Shown: piece by piece, positions 26,967 to 36,446 of the stretch | Layout of the letters: every line of letters begins with the position of its first letter | Numbering within the stretch: the first letter of the stretch is position 1 | Source: Poseidonia sp. | GTDB lineage: Archaea; Thermoplasmatota; Poseidoniia; Poseidoniales; Poseidoniaceae | Assembly: GCA_022426155.1 (NCBI GenBank) | Contig: JAKMEE010000039.1 | Coordinates: 24,516-88,515 of the forward strand | Direction: 5' to 3' | Length of the DNA stretch: 64,000 bases | Made by a program: the position numbers and the translations under genes | The notes under the pieces: model-generated | Told to the model about the DNA's origin: nothing | Databases searched by the model: none | The model's input: the letters and a program-made list of their open reading frames with translations, nothing else

Positions 26967-27797
26967 ATGCTCAAAGGTTCACGAACATCACGCACCACCC
27001 TGCTGGCTTTGGTAGCGTCACTTTTGTTGCTGCCAACGCTCGCTTCATCGTATCACGGAGGCATTGGTGGCAGTCAATCTTACCAAGGTTCGAGTGGTTC
27101 TGTGACCATTGACGATGTTGCGCAATCAGGATGTCTTTGTCACAATGAGGTGGCAGATAATTCAGTTCAAGTAATTCTTGATGATGTCCCCTACGGTTGG
27201 ATTGCAGGAGAGACCTACACCTTCACTCTCCAACTTATCGGAGGCCCTGAAGCCTCCGGCGCCTACACAGCAGGCTTCTCTATGAGGGTCTCGTTGGGAG
27301 TCTTATCTAGCGACGTGGCCCAAAATTGGGAGGACGACCCTCAAACATTGACTCACACCGAGGACTCAGCAAACACCGAAGACCGTTCATGGGTGGTTCA
27401 ATGGACGGCTCCAGGGGCAGGGGAAGGTGCTGTAAACTTCTGGATTACAGGCAATTCTGTGAACGGTGACCAACTTCCAGGAGTTGAAGACCGATGGAAC
27501 CAACTTCTCTTTGGGCTTCAAGAAGGCGATGAAAACACGGATGCCTTCGGAACTCGTACACTATTTGCTGGTGACGGCAACGTGAGCCCACCAGAACCTG
27601 CTCATCATGGAGTGGACCTTCATCACATGGGAGCCAAACTCCGTGCTCACTGGCTTGGATTGCTTGGATTCGGTGCCGTGATTGGAACCATTATTTTCGC
27701 TGGTCTTCTTCTCCGGTATGGATTTTCAACGTCCTACAAGGGTCGAAGCAATCAGCTTCGATTGCGCTACAAACTCATGCGACGAGGTGATCAATGA
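26967..27797 (+). CDS. Secreted Reeler/choice-of-anchor-V-like protein with CxCH motif and C-terminal TM; first gene of the Rieske/cytb operon
   Basis: Signal peptide, GCLCH, Reeler-like W.VQWTAP..G.G.V.F...GNSVNGD, C-terminal TM. Confidence 0.65.
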   Translation: MLKGSRTSRTTLLALVASLLLLPTLASSYHGGIGGSQSYQGSSGSVTIDDVAQSGCLCHNEVADNSVQVILDDVPYGWIAGETYTFTLQLIGGPEASGAYTAGFSMRVSLGVLSSDVAQNWEDDPQTLTHTEDSANTEDRSWVVQWTAPGAGEGAVNFWITGNSVNGDQLPGVEDRWNQLLFGLQEGDENTDAFGTRTLFAGDGNVSPPEPAHHGVDLHHMGAKLRAHWLGLLGFGAVIGTIIFAGLLLRYGFSTSYKGRSNQLRLRYKLMRRGDQ

Positions 27798-28240
27798 TGG
27801 ACGATACCATTACCCAATTATTGCGTGGGGTTGCTGACGGCAGCGTCAAGGTCGAAGATGCCCGTACTGCTCTAGAGGGGGCAGAAATGAGCGAGGAACA
27901 AATGAACTCAGCCATTGACCATGGTGTTTTCAATGTGGCTGAGCCGGGGACCATCGTAAGTGCAAGTCTCGCACCTTCTGGTGCCTCTGGCCTTGCGATG
28001 TTTTTCCTTGCGTGGGGCCTCTTTTGGGTTTGTTATTGGAGTTTCTCGATGATTTACGGCCTTGCAAACAAATGGGACCAACAACAACTATCCTTCCATC
28101 TGGCGATGACCTTTACCACCTTGATCATGCTCGGTATCGTCTATCTCAAATTCATCCTGCCTGACACCATTATTGTCAAGCATGCACAGAATAAGTTCGT
28201 GCCAGAACATCAAAAAGATTGGCGAGAATACAAGTGGTGA
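27794..28240 (+). CDS. Two-TM membrane protein in the Rieske/cytb operon
   Basis: ATGA-coupled to the upstream gene, GGTGA RBS, two hydrophobic helices. Confidence 0.75.
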   Translation: MMDDTITQLLRGVADGSVKVEDARTALEGAEMSEEQMNSAIDHGVFNVAEPGTIVSASLAPSGASGLAMFFLAWGLFWVCYWSFSMIYGLANKWDQQQLSFHLAMTFTTLIMLGIVYLKFILPDTIIVKHAQNKFVPEHQKDWREYKW

Positions 28241-28245
28241 GGGAC

Positions 28246-29091
28246 ATGGCACGAGAATACGAACTCAAACCCGCTCCTTCCCAGGCATCAGTTGACACAG
28301 GCGATGCCTCAAGCCATCTCAATCGCCGTCAATTCTTGCGTTATGGGTTCAACACAGCAGCAGGTGTCCTCACCGCATCACTAGGGGTGCTTGGCTTTGC
28401 TTCAATCCTGCTTCCACCTGGGGGCTCTAGCGGTGGAGACCTTGCAGTGAAGTTTTGGGCTAAGGGCCGAGAAGATTCTGCTTGGTACGGAGCTCAGCAC
28501 CTTCAACCCATGACCAAAGATTCCTTCGTCAAAGAAGCCGCCTCCTCTTCCACAGGCACCTCTGGTGCTTCAGGTGTTTGGAACGGTGTTCCTGTGGTTG
28601 TGAATTATGTGGCTCACTCCAAGAATGCAGGTACGCCTGAATCCAACGGAAAAGCCAGATTCCAGTTCACTGAAGGCATCGATGAAACCGGAAAATACGT
28701 CGGTCACTTCGATGATCTCGCAGAACAAGATCCACGATTGATGCCAAGCGAAGACCTTGTGATGGTCTTTGGTCGATGCACTCACCTTTGCTGCATTCCA
28801 GGATGGCAACTTGTCTCTAATTCATTCACAGAAGATTCGTGGACGCCCGGTGGCGGAGATGACGGTGGAACCAAAATGTTCTGCATCTGCCATTCGTCCC
28901 GATTTGACCCGACAGTGCTTGAGATGAACACCAACCGAAACCGTTCGAACGGTTCCACGTTCAAGTATGCGGGTATTCGCCGAGCTGGTGGCCCTGCCCC
29001 TGTCGGCCTCCCAATCATCCCCATCTCCCTCAACGGTGATGTAATCGAAGGTTTGCCAGATTATCTTGACTGGTACACATATTGTGACTGA
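28246..29091 (+). CDS. petC: Rieske 2Fe-2S protein with Tat signal-anchor
   Basis: NRRQFLR twin-Arg motif, box I CTHLCC, box II CICHSSRF, GPAP..LP; GGTGAGG RBS before ATG 28246. Confidence 0.92.
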   Translation: MAREYELKPAPSQASVDTGDASSHLNRRQFLRYGFNTAAGVLTASLGVLGFASILLPPGGSSGGDLAVKFWAKGREDSAWYGAQHLQPMTKDSFVKEAASSSTGTSGASGVWNGVPVVVNYVAHSKNAGTPESNGKARFQFTEGIDETGKYVGHFDDLAEQDPRLMPSEDLVMVFGRCTHLCCIPGWQLVSNSFTEDSWTPGGGDDGGTKMFCICHSSRFDPTVLEMNTNRNRSNGSTFKYAGIRRAGGPAPVGLPIIPISLNGDVIEGLPDYLDWYTYCD

Positions 29092-29100
29092 GGTGAAAAA

Positions 29101-29967
29101 ATGACAACAATGTTTTGGATTCTTTGGTTCTTTATTGCCTTCCTCGTCATTCTGGTGGCATTCACTCTTCGAAAAGAAGATGAAGAAATGCCACGACGTG
29201 ACATCCTTCGAGCGGTTGAATCGACAGGACGCATGGGGGTAGCAGAACGCTCCTTCTTGTGGGTATTTTCATGGCTTGACACTCGTTTCCGTTTGCAAGA
29301 TTACTGGAATATGTCCAAGGGTGCTTACTATAATATGCACCGACAAATGCCGCTTACTCACGCTGAAAAGTACAAACTCCGTATCATTTGGTATTGGTAT
29401 CCTTTGTATTGTCTCGGTGGAATCTCCTTCCTTTCTTTCATCATCTTGGTCGTCACAGGAACCGTGTTAGGAATCTACTATGTTCCTGGTGGTGAGGGTG
29501 ATCCTTCACCTGCTTATGCGAGCATGCAATACATCATGACTGAGTTGCCCTTTGGATACATCCTCCGTGCAGTTCACCACTGGACGACGCACTTTATGGT
29601 GGCCAGTGTTTTCCTTCACATGTGCCGTGTGTACTTCACAGGAGCTTACCGCAACCCACGTGAATTAAACTGGCTCATCGGTGTAGCATTGATGGCTTTA
29701 ACCATCGTGTTCGGATATTCTGGCTATCTCCTTCCGTGGGACAGTTTGGCATACGGTGCAGCAATTATCGGAATCAACCTCGCGAACTCAAGCCCACTGG
29801 TCGGGAAGTATGTGGCTACCCTCTTGTTCTCAGGTTCTGAATTAACGCCGCTCACTGTCACTCGAATGTACTTCATTCACGTGTTCATTCTACCAGTCAT
29901 TGTTACCACCCTGATCATCATTCACTTGTTTATTGTCTGGGTACAAGGCATTGCAGAGCCACATTGA
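29101..29967 (+). CDS. petB: Cytochrome b, N-terminal (b6-type) subunit
   Basis: YCLGGI, heme ligands in VHHW...LHMCR and IHVF...IHLF, PRELNW, GYLLPWD, C-terminal GIAEPH. Confidence 0.93.
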   Translation: MTTMFWILWFFIAFLVILVAFTLRKEDEEMPRRDILRAVESTGRMGVAERSFLWVFSWLDTRFRLQDYWNMSKGAYYNMHRQMPLTHAEKYKLRIIWYWYPLYCLGGISFLSFIILVVTGTVLGIYYVPGGEGDPSPAYASMQYIMTELPFGYILRAVHHWTTHFMVASVFLHMCRVYFTGAYRNPRELNWLIGVALMALTIVFGYSGYLLPWDSLAYGAAIIGINLANSSPLVGKYVATLLFSGSELTPLTVTRMYFIHVFILPVIVTTLIIIHLFIVWVQGIAEPH

Positions 29968-29982
29968 TACGGAGGAAGAAGC

Positions 29983-32793
29983 ATGGGATTGATCGACAAT
30001 TTTGGCCGCGTTGCCTCCATATACATGGAGGAAAAGAAGCACCTTCAGGAAGCGCAGGAAAAGCGAACGAGAACTCGTACAGGTCACGGGTTCTGGCCGC
30101 ATGAAGTTCTGCGTGACAGCATTCTCTTCGCCTCAATGTTGGCGATTTTGCTGTTTTATGCATGGTTGATTCCACCACCATTGCACGGTGCTGCTGACCC
30201 ATACGCACAAGCAGGCTTCGTGTTCCCTGATTGGTACGTGTTGTTCTCCTATGGATACCTTCGGTGGGGAGAATATTTGCCTCAATTTGTCGTTCCTACA
30301 GGGTTTGTTGGAGAAATAGTTGGGCAACCCATGTTCCCATGGAACGCTGCATGGTGGGGCGCTGCCCTCACCGGTATTCCAGTCGGTATTCTTGCTCTTC
30401 CACCCTTCCTCGGTGGCCGTGAGAAGCGTCCAGTCGAGGACCCATGGTTTGCTGCTGCTGGTGCGGTTTATCTCGCACACATCTGGTTTATCTCGGTCTT
30501 TTCCATCAACATCTTCCTTGAGTTATATGGTAAAAACAGGTCAGATTTCTGTAAACTTGATTCTCACGGAGATCTCTTGTGTGGTGTTCGTGAACCTTGG
30601 ATTGCCGATGTGTTCAATGCGATACCGTGGGTCATGACGGGCGTCTTGATGTGGATTTGTATCTATTTCATTGGCCGCATCTTACTGGTGAAAGCCTGGG
30701 GTACAGGATTTACCGTGGCAAAGAGCCGCCAATTGATTGTAGGGGCTCTTATCATTTCATCTGCTGCCACAGTGGCCACTTTCGATACCTATGATAACGG
30801 GTTTTGGGACGCAAAAGGACTGCTTACAATCAAAGATTACGGCGAACTTGAGGCCATGCGAACTCAACCTACCGATGTCCATGTTCACGAAACCAACGAA
30901 TTCACAGATGACCGTGGATGGTCGGACAGCGGTGTTGTCCCGAGCTCTGCATGGTTGAATTGGAACATCTACCAGCCCGCTCGATACATCCTCATTGATT
31001 TCACCGATTCTAACGGACATCAGGACGCAGCTAACGGCATCAATGCAGCCGAAGGTTCATCCACGTTTAACGGTGGAGAAGGCTGGACAGTTTCGGGTCA
31101 ATTTAGTGTCACAGAGGATCCCATAAACTTCCCTGAAGGCCATCCAGAGGAAGTGATGTCGATTACCACTGATGTTTCATGTGAATACAGGTCCAGCGTC
31201 CGTAAGATCAACGATGTCTCTACTCAAACAATGATCTCAACAACTCTTTCTGTCACGGATGCTAATGGGGCTACCGTGTCCTCATTCAATGATTGCGAGG
31301 GTGATACCGTTGAATTAGAGGTTGGCTCCTATGATTACACTTACACAGTTCTAGCAAGCGGGGCCTTGGCTCTCAATGAAAGTATTGAAACTGAGACATC
31401 TTTCGTTATCAAATCTTTCCAACCTCTCTTGATTTGGGATGAAGATGCACCAGCCGCTCTTGCTGGGCACACCGTTAACCTCTCGGACAACGAGGAGATG
31501 GCTTTGGGTGGCAGTGCGTTCTCAAGCATTGAGAATCCAACATATCACCAAAACCCGAAATCTTTGGATGCCAAGCTAACCTACGCCATGTTCATTCCTT
31601 GTGTGACCTTTGGTGCCCTTGTCTTTGTCCTCTTGCGATACATGGCCCGTGGCTATGAATTTGAGATGAACAAGTGTTACGGTTGTGACCTGTGCGACGA
31701 TGCTTGCCCAGTCCGTCTGTTCAACGGTGGTGACAAACTCAACATCATCTACAACTCATGGAATAACGAGGACGATGGTGTTCCACTTTATTCCTGCCTG
31801 ACTTGCACTGCTTGTACCAATGCATGTCCACAACTCGTCGATTATGACTCCTATGTGGACATTCGCCGAAGCCTCATCGTCGGTGGCCCTCAAGCAGAAA
31901 TCCCTCACACTGTTCTTCAAGCCGTTCTCTCAGCTGAAGCAGAAGAAGCAGCCGATGATGATTTCATTGCCACCAAAGACTACCCCATCACCTCCAACAT
32001 TGGTTACTACCCAGGTTGCGTTGATTACCTGGACCAAGAGATGGTGTTTTCACACGTGAACGAGGGTACCATGAACTTGGGTGATTCCACCACCGCTGCA
32101 TTCACCTTGTTTGAAGAGATGGAAACCGATGTATCCTACCTTGGACGTGATTTCCTCAAGTGCTGTGGTCACGATCAGAAGTGGCAAGGGCTGGATGAGG
32201 TCTTTGAGAAGTTGAAGGCCTACAACCAACGCAAGATTCACGAATCAGGCATTGATACATTGGTGTCTTCCTGCGCTGAATGTTTCCGTACCTTTGCTCG
32301 AGATTATGAATTGGAAGATGTCAAGGTGATGCATACGACTGAATTCCTCATCGAGCAAGGATTTGACATGAACCTCAAGTCAGAAGAAACTACTGTGACC
32401 TATCACGACCCGTGCAGACTTGGTCGTCAAATGGGCGTCTACGATGAACCACGTGAGCTCATCAATGCTGTCGAAGGTGTTGAAATTGTTGAGATGGAAC
32501 ACCACGGTGAAGACGCTATGTGTTGCGGTGTTTCTAGCATGATGTCATGCAATGAAAACGCTCGCTCCCTGCGTGTCACACGCATGGAAGAAGTGCGTGC
32601 TACTGGTGCCGACACCATGTTGACTTCCTGTCCAAAATGTGTTTCACACTTTGAGTGTTTGAAGTTTGAAGGCGATGAAGCCTATGAAGACATTGAGATT
32701 CTCGATGTCGTGTCCTTCCTCGCTCGACAAGTGAATGAAAAGAAAGCTCAAATTGGTGCTGAAGCAACACTCAATGAAAGCGCAGAAGCCTGA
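29983..32793 (+). CDS. Cytochrome b subunit IV (PetD-like) fused to 2x[4Fe-4S] and two CCG domains (HdrC/HdrD/GlcF-like)
   Basis: FWPHEV and PDWY (PEWY-like); CYGCDLCDDACP; CLTCTACTNACP; YPGC..CCG..CAEC; YHDPCRLGR..CCG..CPKC. Confidence 0.88.
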   Translation: MGLIDNFGRVASIYMEEKKHLQEAQEKRTRTRTGHGFWPHEVLRDSILFASMLAILLFYAWLIPPPLHGAADPYAQAGFVFPDWYVLFSYGYLRWGEYLPQFVVPTGFVGEIVGQPMFPWNAAWWGAALTGIPVGILALPPFLGGREKRPVEDPWFAAAGAVYLAHIWFISVFSINIFLELYGKNRSDFCKLDSHGDLLCGVREPWIADVFNAIPWVMTGVLMWICIYFIGRILLVKAWGTGFTVAKSRQLIVGALIISSAATVATFDTYDNGFWDAKGLLTIKDYGELEAMRTQPTDVHVHETNEFTDDRGWSDSGVVPSSAWLNWNIYQPARYILIDFTDSNGHQDAANGINAAEGSSTFNGGEGWTVSGQFSVTEDPINFPEGHPEEVMSITTDVSCEYRSSVRKINDVSTQTMISTTLSVTDANGATVSSFNDCEGDTVELEVGSYDYTYTVLASGALALNESIETETSFVIKSFQPLLIWDEDAPAALAGHTVNLSDNEEMALGGSAFSSIENPTYHQNPKSLDAKLTYAMFIPCVTFGALVFVLLRYMARGYEFEMNKCYGCDLCDDACPVRLFNGGDKLNIIYNSWNNEDDGVPLYSCLTCTACTNACPQLVDYDSYVDIRRSLIVGGPQAEIPHTVLQAVLSAEAEEAADDDFIATKDYPITSNIGYYPGCVDYLDQEMVFSHVNEGTMNLGDSTTAAFTLFEEMETDVSYLGRDFLKCCGHDQKWQGLDEVFEKLKAYNQRKIHESGIDTLVSSCAECFRTFARDYELEDVKVMHTTEFLIEQGFDMNLKSEETTVTYHDPCRLGRQMGVYDEPRELINAVEGVEIVEMEHHGEDAMCCGVSSMMSCNENARSLRVTRMEEVRATGADTMLTSCPKCVSHFECLKFEGDEAYEDIEILDVVSFLARQVNEKKAQIGAEATLNESAEA

Positions 32794-32871
32794 AGACCTG
32801 ATTCTCCATTCAGTTGGCGAATAGAGTTCACTTGCGACTTACTGCAATTGACATTTGCCGGGCTATGACGC

Positions 32872-33159
32872 TTAGGAAGAGCCTTCTTCATCCTCGTCAT
32901 TCATGCCGACGATCTCGTAGTTGGAAGGGAATAGGGCGATGATGACACCTAGCATCAATGAGAGTAGCCCCCATCCGAAACGCTGGTCAACAAATAGAAG
33001 TTCCAGTGCCAAGACAACCAAGAGCAATCCGCCGATGTTGGAAGTCCAGACGAGGGTCTTGAAAGTAGCAAGGCTCACACCCGTTGTGCCGGGTTTTCTG
33101 TAGGGTCCAAATTCTCCTCCAAAGCGTTGTGCTGTTGGGTCCTTTCCTGATTTTGACAT
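32872..33159 (-). CDS. Small two-TM membrane protein
   Basis: GGTGA RBS; two hydrophobic helices; last gene of a long minus-strand run. Confidence 0.65.
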   Translation of the reverse strand: MSKSGKDPTAQRFGGEFGPYRKPGTTGVSLATFKTLVWTSNIGGLLLVVLALELLFVDQRFGWGLLSLMLGVIIALFPSNYEIVGMNDEDEEGSS

Positions 33160-33170
33160 ACGTGTTCACC

Positions 33171-33503
33171 TCATCGGTCGATCATTGTGATCGCATCTGT
33201 TGGACATGCCAGTACGCAGAGACGACATCCAGTACAGGCATCGCGAATGATCTTGGCCTTTCGATTGCTTTCAACTTTCATCAAAGGGCTAAGAACATCC
33301 ACATGGTAGAGTTCGATAGCGTCATCATCGCAGACGATGGTGCATTGGTCACAGCCAATGCATTTTCGCTCCTCAACGAAGGCCACGGTACCTTCACCAC
33401 CCTTGGTGTTGGCCCGTTGCTCACCTCGTTGTCGATTCAGGGAGGCTCTGATACGCAGGGCCTCTTCCTCCCTTCGTCGCCGTAGCTCATCCGCACCGGT
33501 CAT
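33171..33503 (-). CDS. 2x[4Fe-4S] ferredoxin-like protein
   Basis: CIGCDQCTIVC and CTGCRLCVLACP; ATGA overlap with the upstream gene supports start 33503. Confidence 0.88.
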   Translation of the reverse strand: MTGADELRRRREEEALRIRASLNRQRGEQRANTKGGEGTVAFVEERKCIGCDQCTIVCDDDAIELYHVDVLSPLMKVESNRKAKIIRDACTGCRLCVLACPTDAITMIDR

Positions 33504-34174
33504 GCTACAACCTCGTTCGCAGGTTCCCCTTGAAACTTGGCAACGCTCAGGTTCACCAAAACATCGCCTAGACAGTAGAATGCTCCAACCAATAACGGAG
33601 GGTTCCAGGCAGTCAAGCCAGTCCATGGAACTTCAGCAGCCCAAGTCCAATTGAGCAGGTAGGTGCCCCAAAGTTCCATCGCCAACGCCGCCCATGCCAT
33701 CGATGCATAGAGTCGTGGTTCGGGACCCCATTTTGTGAAGCCAAGCACCATGATTAACAAGAACACCCCAGAGGTATCTCCGCCAGTCCATAGTCCGTAA
33801 AGGACCAGTGGTACGAAAGGCAACAACATGGGAAAAGCCCATGAGACTTTGAGACGTTTTGCCATCCTCCTCCCGAGATCAAATAAGAAATAGTGGCCTG
33901 CGGGAACGAAAAGTGGCATCAAATGCCGTTGGTATTCGTAAATTAACCAAATCTCGGAAAAGAATAATTCCATTGGTGTGGCGATGGCCACTACCGTGAT
34001 CATTTCAATTCGCTCTTTTCGGTCGGTATTACGATAGATGAAGAAGAACAATCCCCAACACCAGATGTTCACCGGCCATTCGGCTACGCCATCATCAACC
34101 AGGCCTCCAAACGCTGTGGCTGATGCCCAAAGGCCAATCCCGATGGTCATGATGTACCAAAGGGGGCGGTTCAT
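33500..34174 (-). CDS. Polytopic membrane protein with repeated E...W.Y/W motifs
   Basis: About 7 TM segments; PMELFFSEIWLIYEY and AMELWGTYLLNWTW. Confidence 0.7.
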   Translation of the reverse strand: MNRPLWYIMTIGIGLWASATAFGGLVDDGVAEWPVNIWCWGLFFFIYRNTDRKERIEMITVVAIATPMELFFSEIWLIYEYQRHLMPLFVPAGHYFLFDLGRRMAKRLKVSWAFPMLLPFVPLVLYGLWTGGDTSGVFLLIMVLGFTKWGPEPRLYASMAWAALAMELWGTYLLNWTWAAEVPWTGLTAWNPPLLVGAFYCLGDVLVNLSVAKFQGEPANEVVA

Positions 34175-34210
34175 GATTCGGGGAGGGCGTGCACCCTTTG
34201 AGTCTGTTTC

Positions 34211-35239
34211 CTATTCATGAAACGCTTGAATTTCAACACCCTCGGATTGGAAGAGTTCAATGGTTCGTGAGAGAAAAACCTCCGGCAAGTCTTCAGGTGC
34301 ATGAACTCCAGGTGGAAGATTCACCTCATTTTCAAGAAGGGTGAGGGCAGTTGCAACCGTGACGAGACCAGTCGTCCTTGCCATTGAGGAGTCGTGGTTC
34401 ATTCCATGATCTTGAACCGTCCATCGGCGGCTGCCTGTGGGCGAAGTAGCAGTGATCTCCATCCATGTGAATTCATCGCGGTTTGGATCAAGTTTCCATT
34501 GATTCAATAGAGCATCAATGTCCAATCCATCTGAGTCTCGTAAATCGATGTATTTCTGAATATGGCCTGGCCAACGTACGGTGTATTCCGACATATTCTC
34601 GGCGTTGATTCCATGGATTAAGGAGCGTAATCCATCTGAGAGGAACGCCTCCATGGGGCCCTTGTTAGCGACCTCGATGATGTGTCGTTCAGCAAGTGCA
34701 GGTAGGACTGCCATGGTGCCGCCTCGGACCACTCTTGCAGGGCGTGTGTACTCTGCAATCACGTCAATTGGAGAAAAGGGTGCCATGTAGGACCATGATT
34801 CATCGGATGAAACGGGATTACCACCAACTCGAATTTCAGCAAGATCGAGGTGACCCAATTCATTCTGAGCCTTCCGCAGTAACATGTTGGACAAGCCAGG
34901 AGCAATCCCTACATCCCAAATAATCACTGACCCAGATTCCTTTGCGAGGGAATCGAGTAGGTCCGGAGTTGGGTCTGCAAAGGAGAGGTCCACCACGTTT
35001 CGTCCTTCGGTAATGAGTCGTTGAGTGCAATCTCCACCAATGGTTCCAGGAAGCATGTTCACAATCAATCCCTCCTCTAGATTGTTCAACGCCTGAAAGA
35101 CATCACCCACGTGTAAATGTGCTCCTGCATGCTTCATTGGGTGCAGGTCATAGGCGTGAACTTCATGTCCACTCTTCACCAAATGGCGGATGACAAATGC
35201 ACCGACAAGTCCACTTCCGAGGCAGTGGATTTTTGCCAT
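34211..35239 (-). CDS. Saccharopine dehydrogenase-family oxidoreductase (lysine 6-dehydrogenase-like)
   Basis: GSGLVG Rossmann motif, VDLSF, DVGIAPGLSN, EYTRPAR, EAFLSDGLRSL, YTVRWPGH, SSMARTTG. Confidence 0.85.
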   Translation of the reverse strand: MAKIHCLGSGLVGAFVIRHLVKSGHEVHAYDLHPMKHAGAHLHVGDVFQALNNLEEGLIVNMLPGTIGGDCTQRLITEGRNVVDLSFADPTPDLLDSLAKESGSVIIWDVGIAPGLSNMLLRKAQNELGHLDLAEIRVGGNPVSSDESWSYMAPFSPIDVIAEYTRPARVVRGGTMAVLPALAERHIIEVANKGPMEAFLSDGLRSLIHGINAENMSEYTVRWPGHIQKYIDLRDSDGLDIDALLNQWKLDPNRDEFTWMEITATSPTGSRRWTVQDHGMNHDSSMARTTGLVTVATALTLLENEVNLPPGVHAPEDLPEVFLSRTIELFQSEGVEIQAFHE

Positions 35240-35243
35240 AAAA

Positions 35244-36446
35244 TCACCGCCGATTGAGAGATTCAGCTCCCATTGCAAGCATGCTAAGTTCCGCTAAGAG
35301 TGCATGCCATCCGTGAGCATGTTCTCCAAAACGAATCTTTTTTTCTCCAAGTGGCTCAAACCTTGCACTAGGTGAGTTGAGATTGTCCATGTCCGAACGT
35401 TTTGGATTGATTCGATAAAACCACGATGCAGCCTCTCCGTCAATCAGATAGACCACAGGCTCAACAGGTTCTTCATCTTCAGTAACCATGATGGTCGGTA
35501 TTCCTTCCTGTATGAGGAAATTTTCAACATCAACCCCACCTTTTGCGTAGCTTAATTTGTTGGCTTTCCGATTTGATAGATTGATGATTTCATTACCAGA
35601 ATGTAGCACTATGATGCCCAACCCGTAAGTCCCTGAGTCATTTTTCATCACAACTGCTGGCTTTCTTTCTATGCCTAGAGCCGTGTACTTTTGCTGAATA
35701 CGGTCAAGAAACGCATCAATCTCCAATGCGAGTTTTTGGCGGCAGGCATCTTCAATCAGGCATTTATTCTCAGAAACAAACCACTCGGGCATCAAGTGCC
35801 AAGGGTCAATCTCCAACATCTCTGCTACCTCGTTCACATAGGGCTGAAGTGCTTCGTAGTGCTCAGATTTCCTTCGGTGATGCCACCCCATTTCTGGAGG
35901 CGGTGATACATTGGGTGATTTTAATCCAGGCAGGGTGCCGCCCGTGAGGTCGTTGTTCAGCAAGATAAAATCTGGCTTTTTCCCCTCCACCAAAATTTCA
36001 TTATTCTCTGATAATTGAACTTCATTCAGTTTGAGCGGACCTGATATGCCCTTCAATGACCCGAACTCTTCCAACTCAGGAGAGCCTACTGTGCAGCGAT
36101 ATCCTGCATCTCGTATCAGTGATTGAATGGTGGAGATGTTTTCAACATACCCTTGATTCCGAGTATGCTCTTCCGGGTAGAGGTGGACCCATTCGCATCT
36201 TGGATGCCTTCGCTCAATGTGCTCTCTGAGAAGTTTGGACAATGTGGAACGGTCTTCTTCAGCAGTGTTGTTGAATCCCGCTGGGAAGTGATTTGCATCG
36301 ACAACACCGACTTTCCAACCGGCATCACGTATGTCGACACTTCCATAGATTGGGATGGGGACTTCGGCGCGTTTATTCTGCATCCAGGAAGTGATTTCTT
36401 CTCGATGAGATTCAAGTTTTGAAGATAATTCATGAACATACGTCAA
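35244..36446 (-). CDS. gshA: Glutamate-cysteine ligase, ATP-grasp (Acidithiobacillus-type GshA) family
   Basis: YGSVDIRDAGWK...VDANHFPAGFNN, PEEHTRNQGY, LLNNDL, GWHHRRKSEH, KNDSGTYGLG, IQEGIPT, EPVVY, NLNSP. Confidence 0.85.
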   Translation of the reverse strand: MTYVHELSSKLESHREEITSWMQNKRAEVPIPIYGSVDIRDAGWKVGVVDANHFPAGFNNTAEEDRSTLSKLLREHIERRHPRCEWVHLYPEEHTRNQGYVENISTIQSLIRDAGYRCTVGSPELEEFGSLKGISGPLKLNEVQLSENNEILVEGKKPDFILLNNDLTGGTLPGLKSPNVSPPPEMGWHHRRKSEHYEALQPYVNEVAEMLEIDPWHLMPEWFVSENKCLIEDACRQKLALEIDAFLDRIQQKYTALGIERKPAVVMKNDSGTYGLGIIVLHSGNEIINLSNRKANKLSYAKGGVDVENFLIQEGIPTIMVTEDEEPVEPVVYLIDGEAASWFYRINPKRSDMDNLNSPSARFEPLGEKKIRFGEHAHGWHALLAELSMLAMGAESLNRR

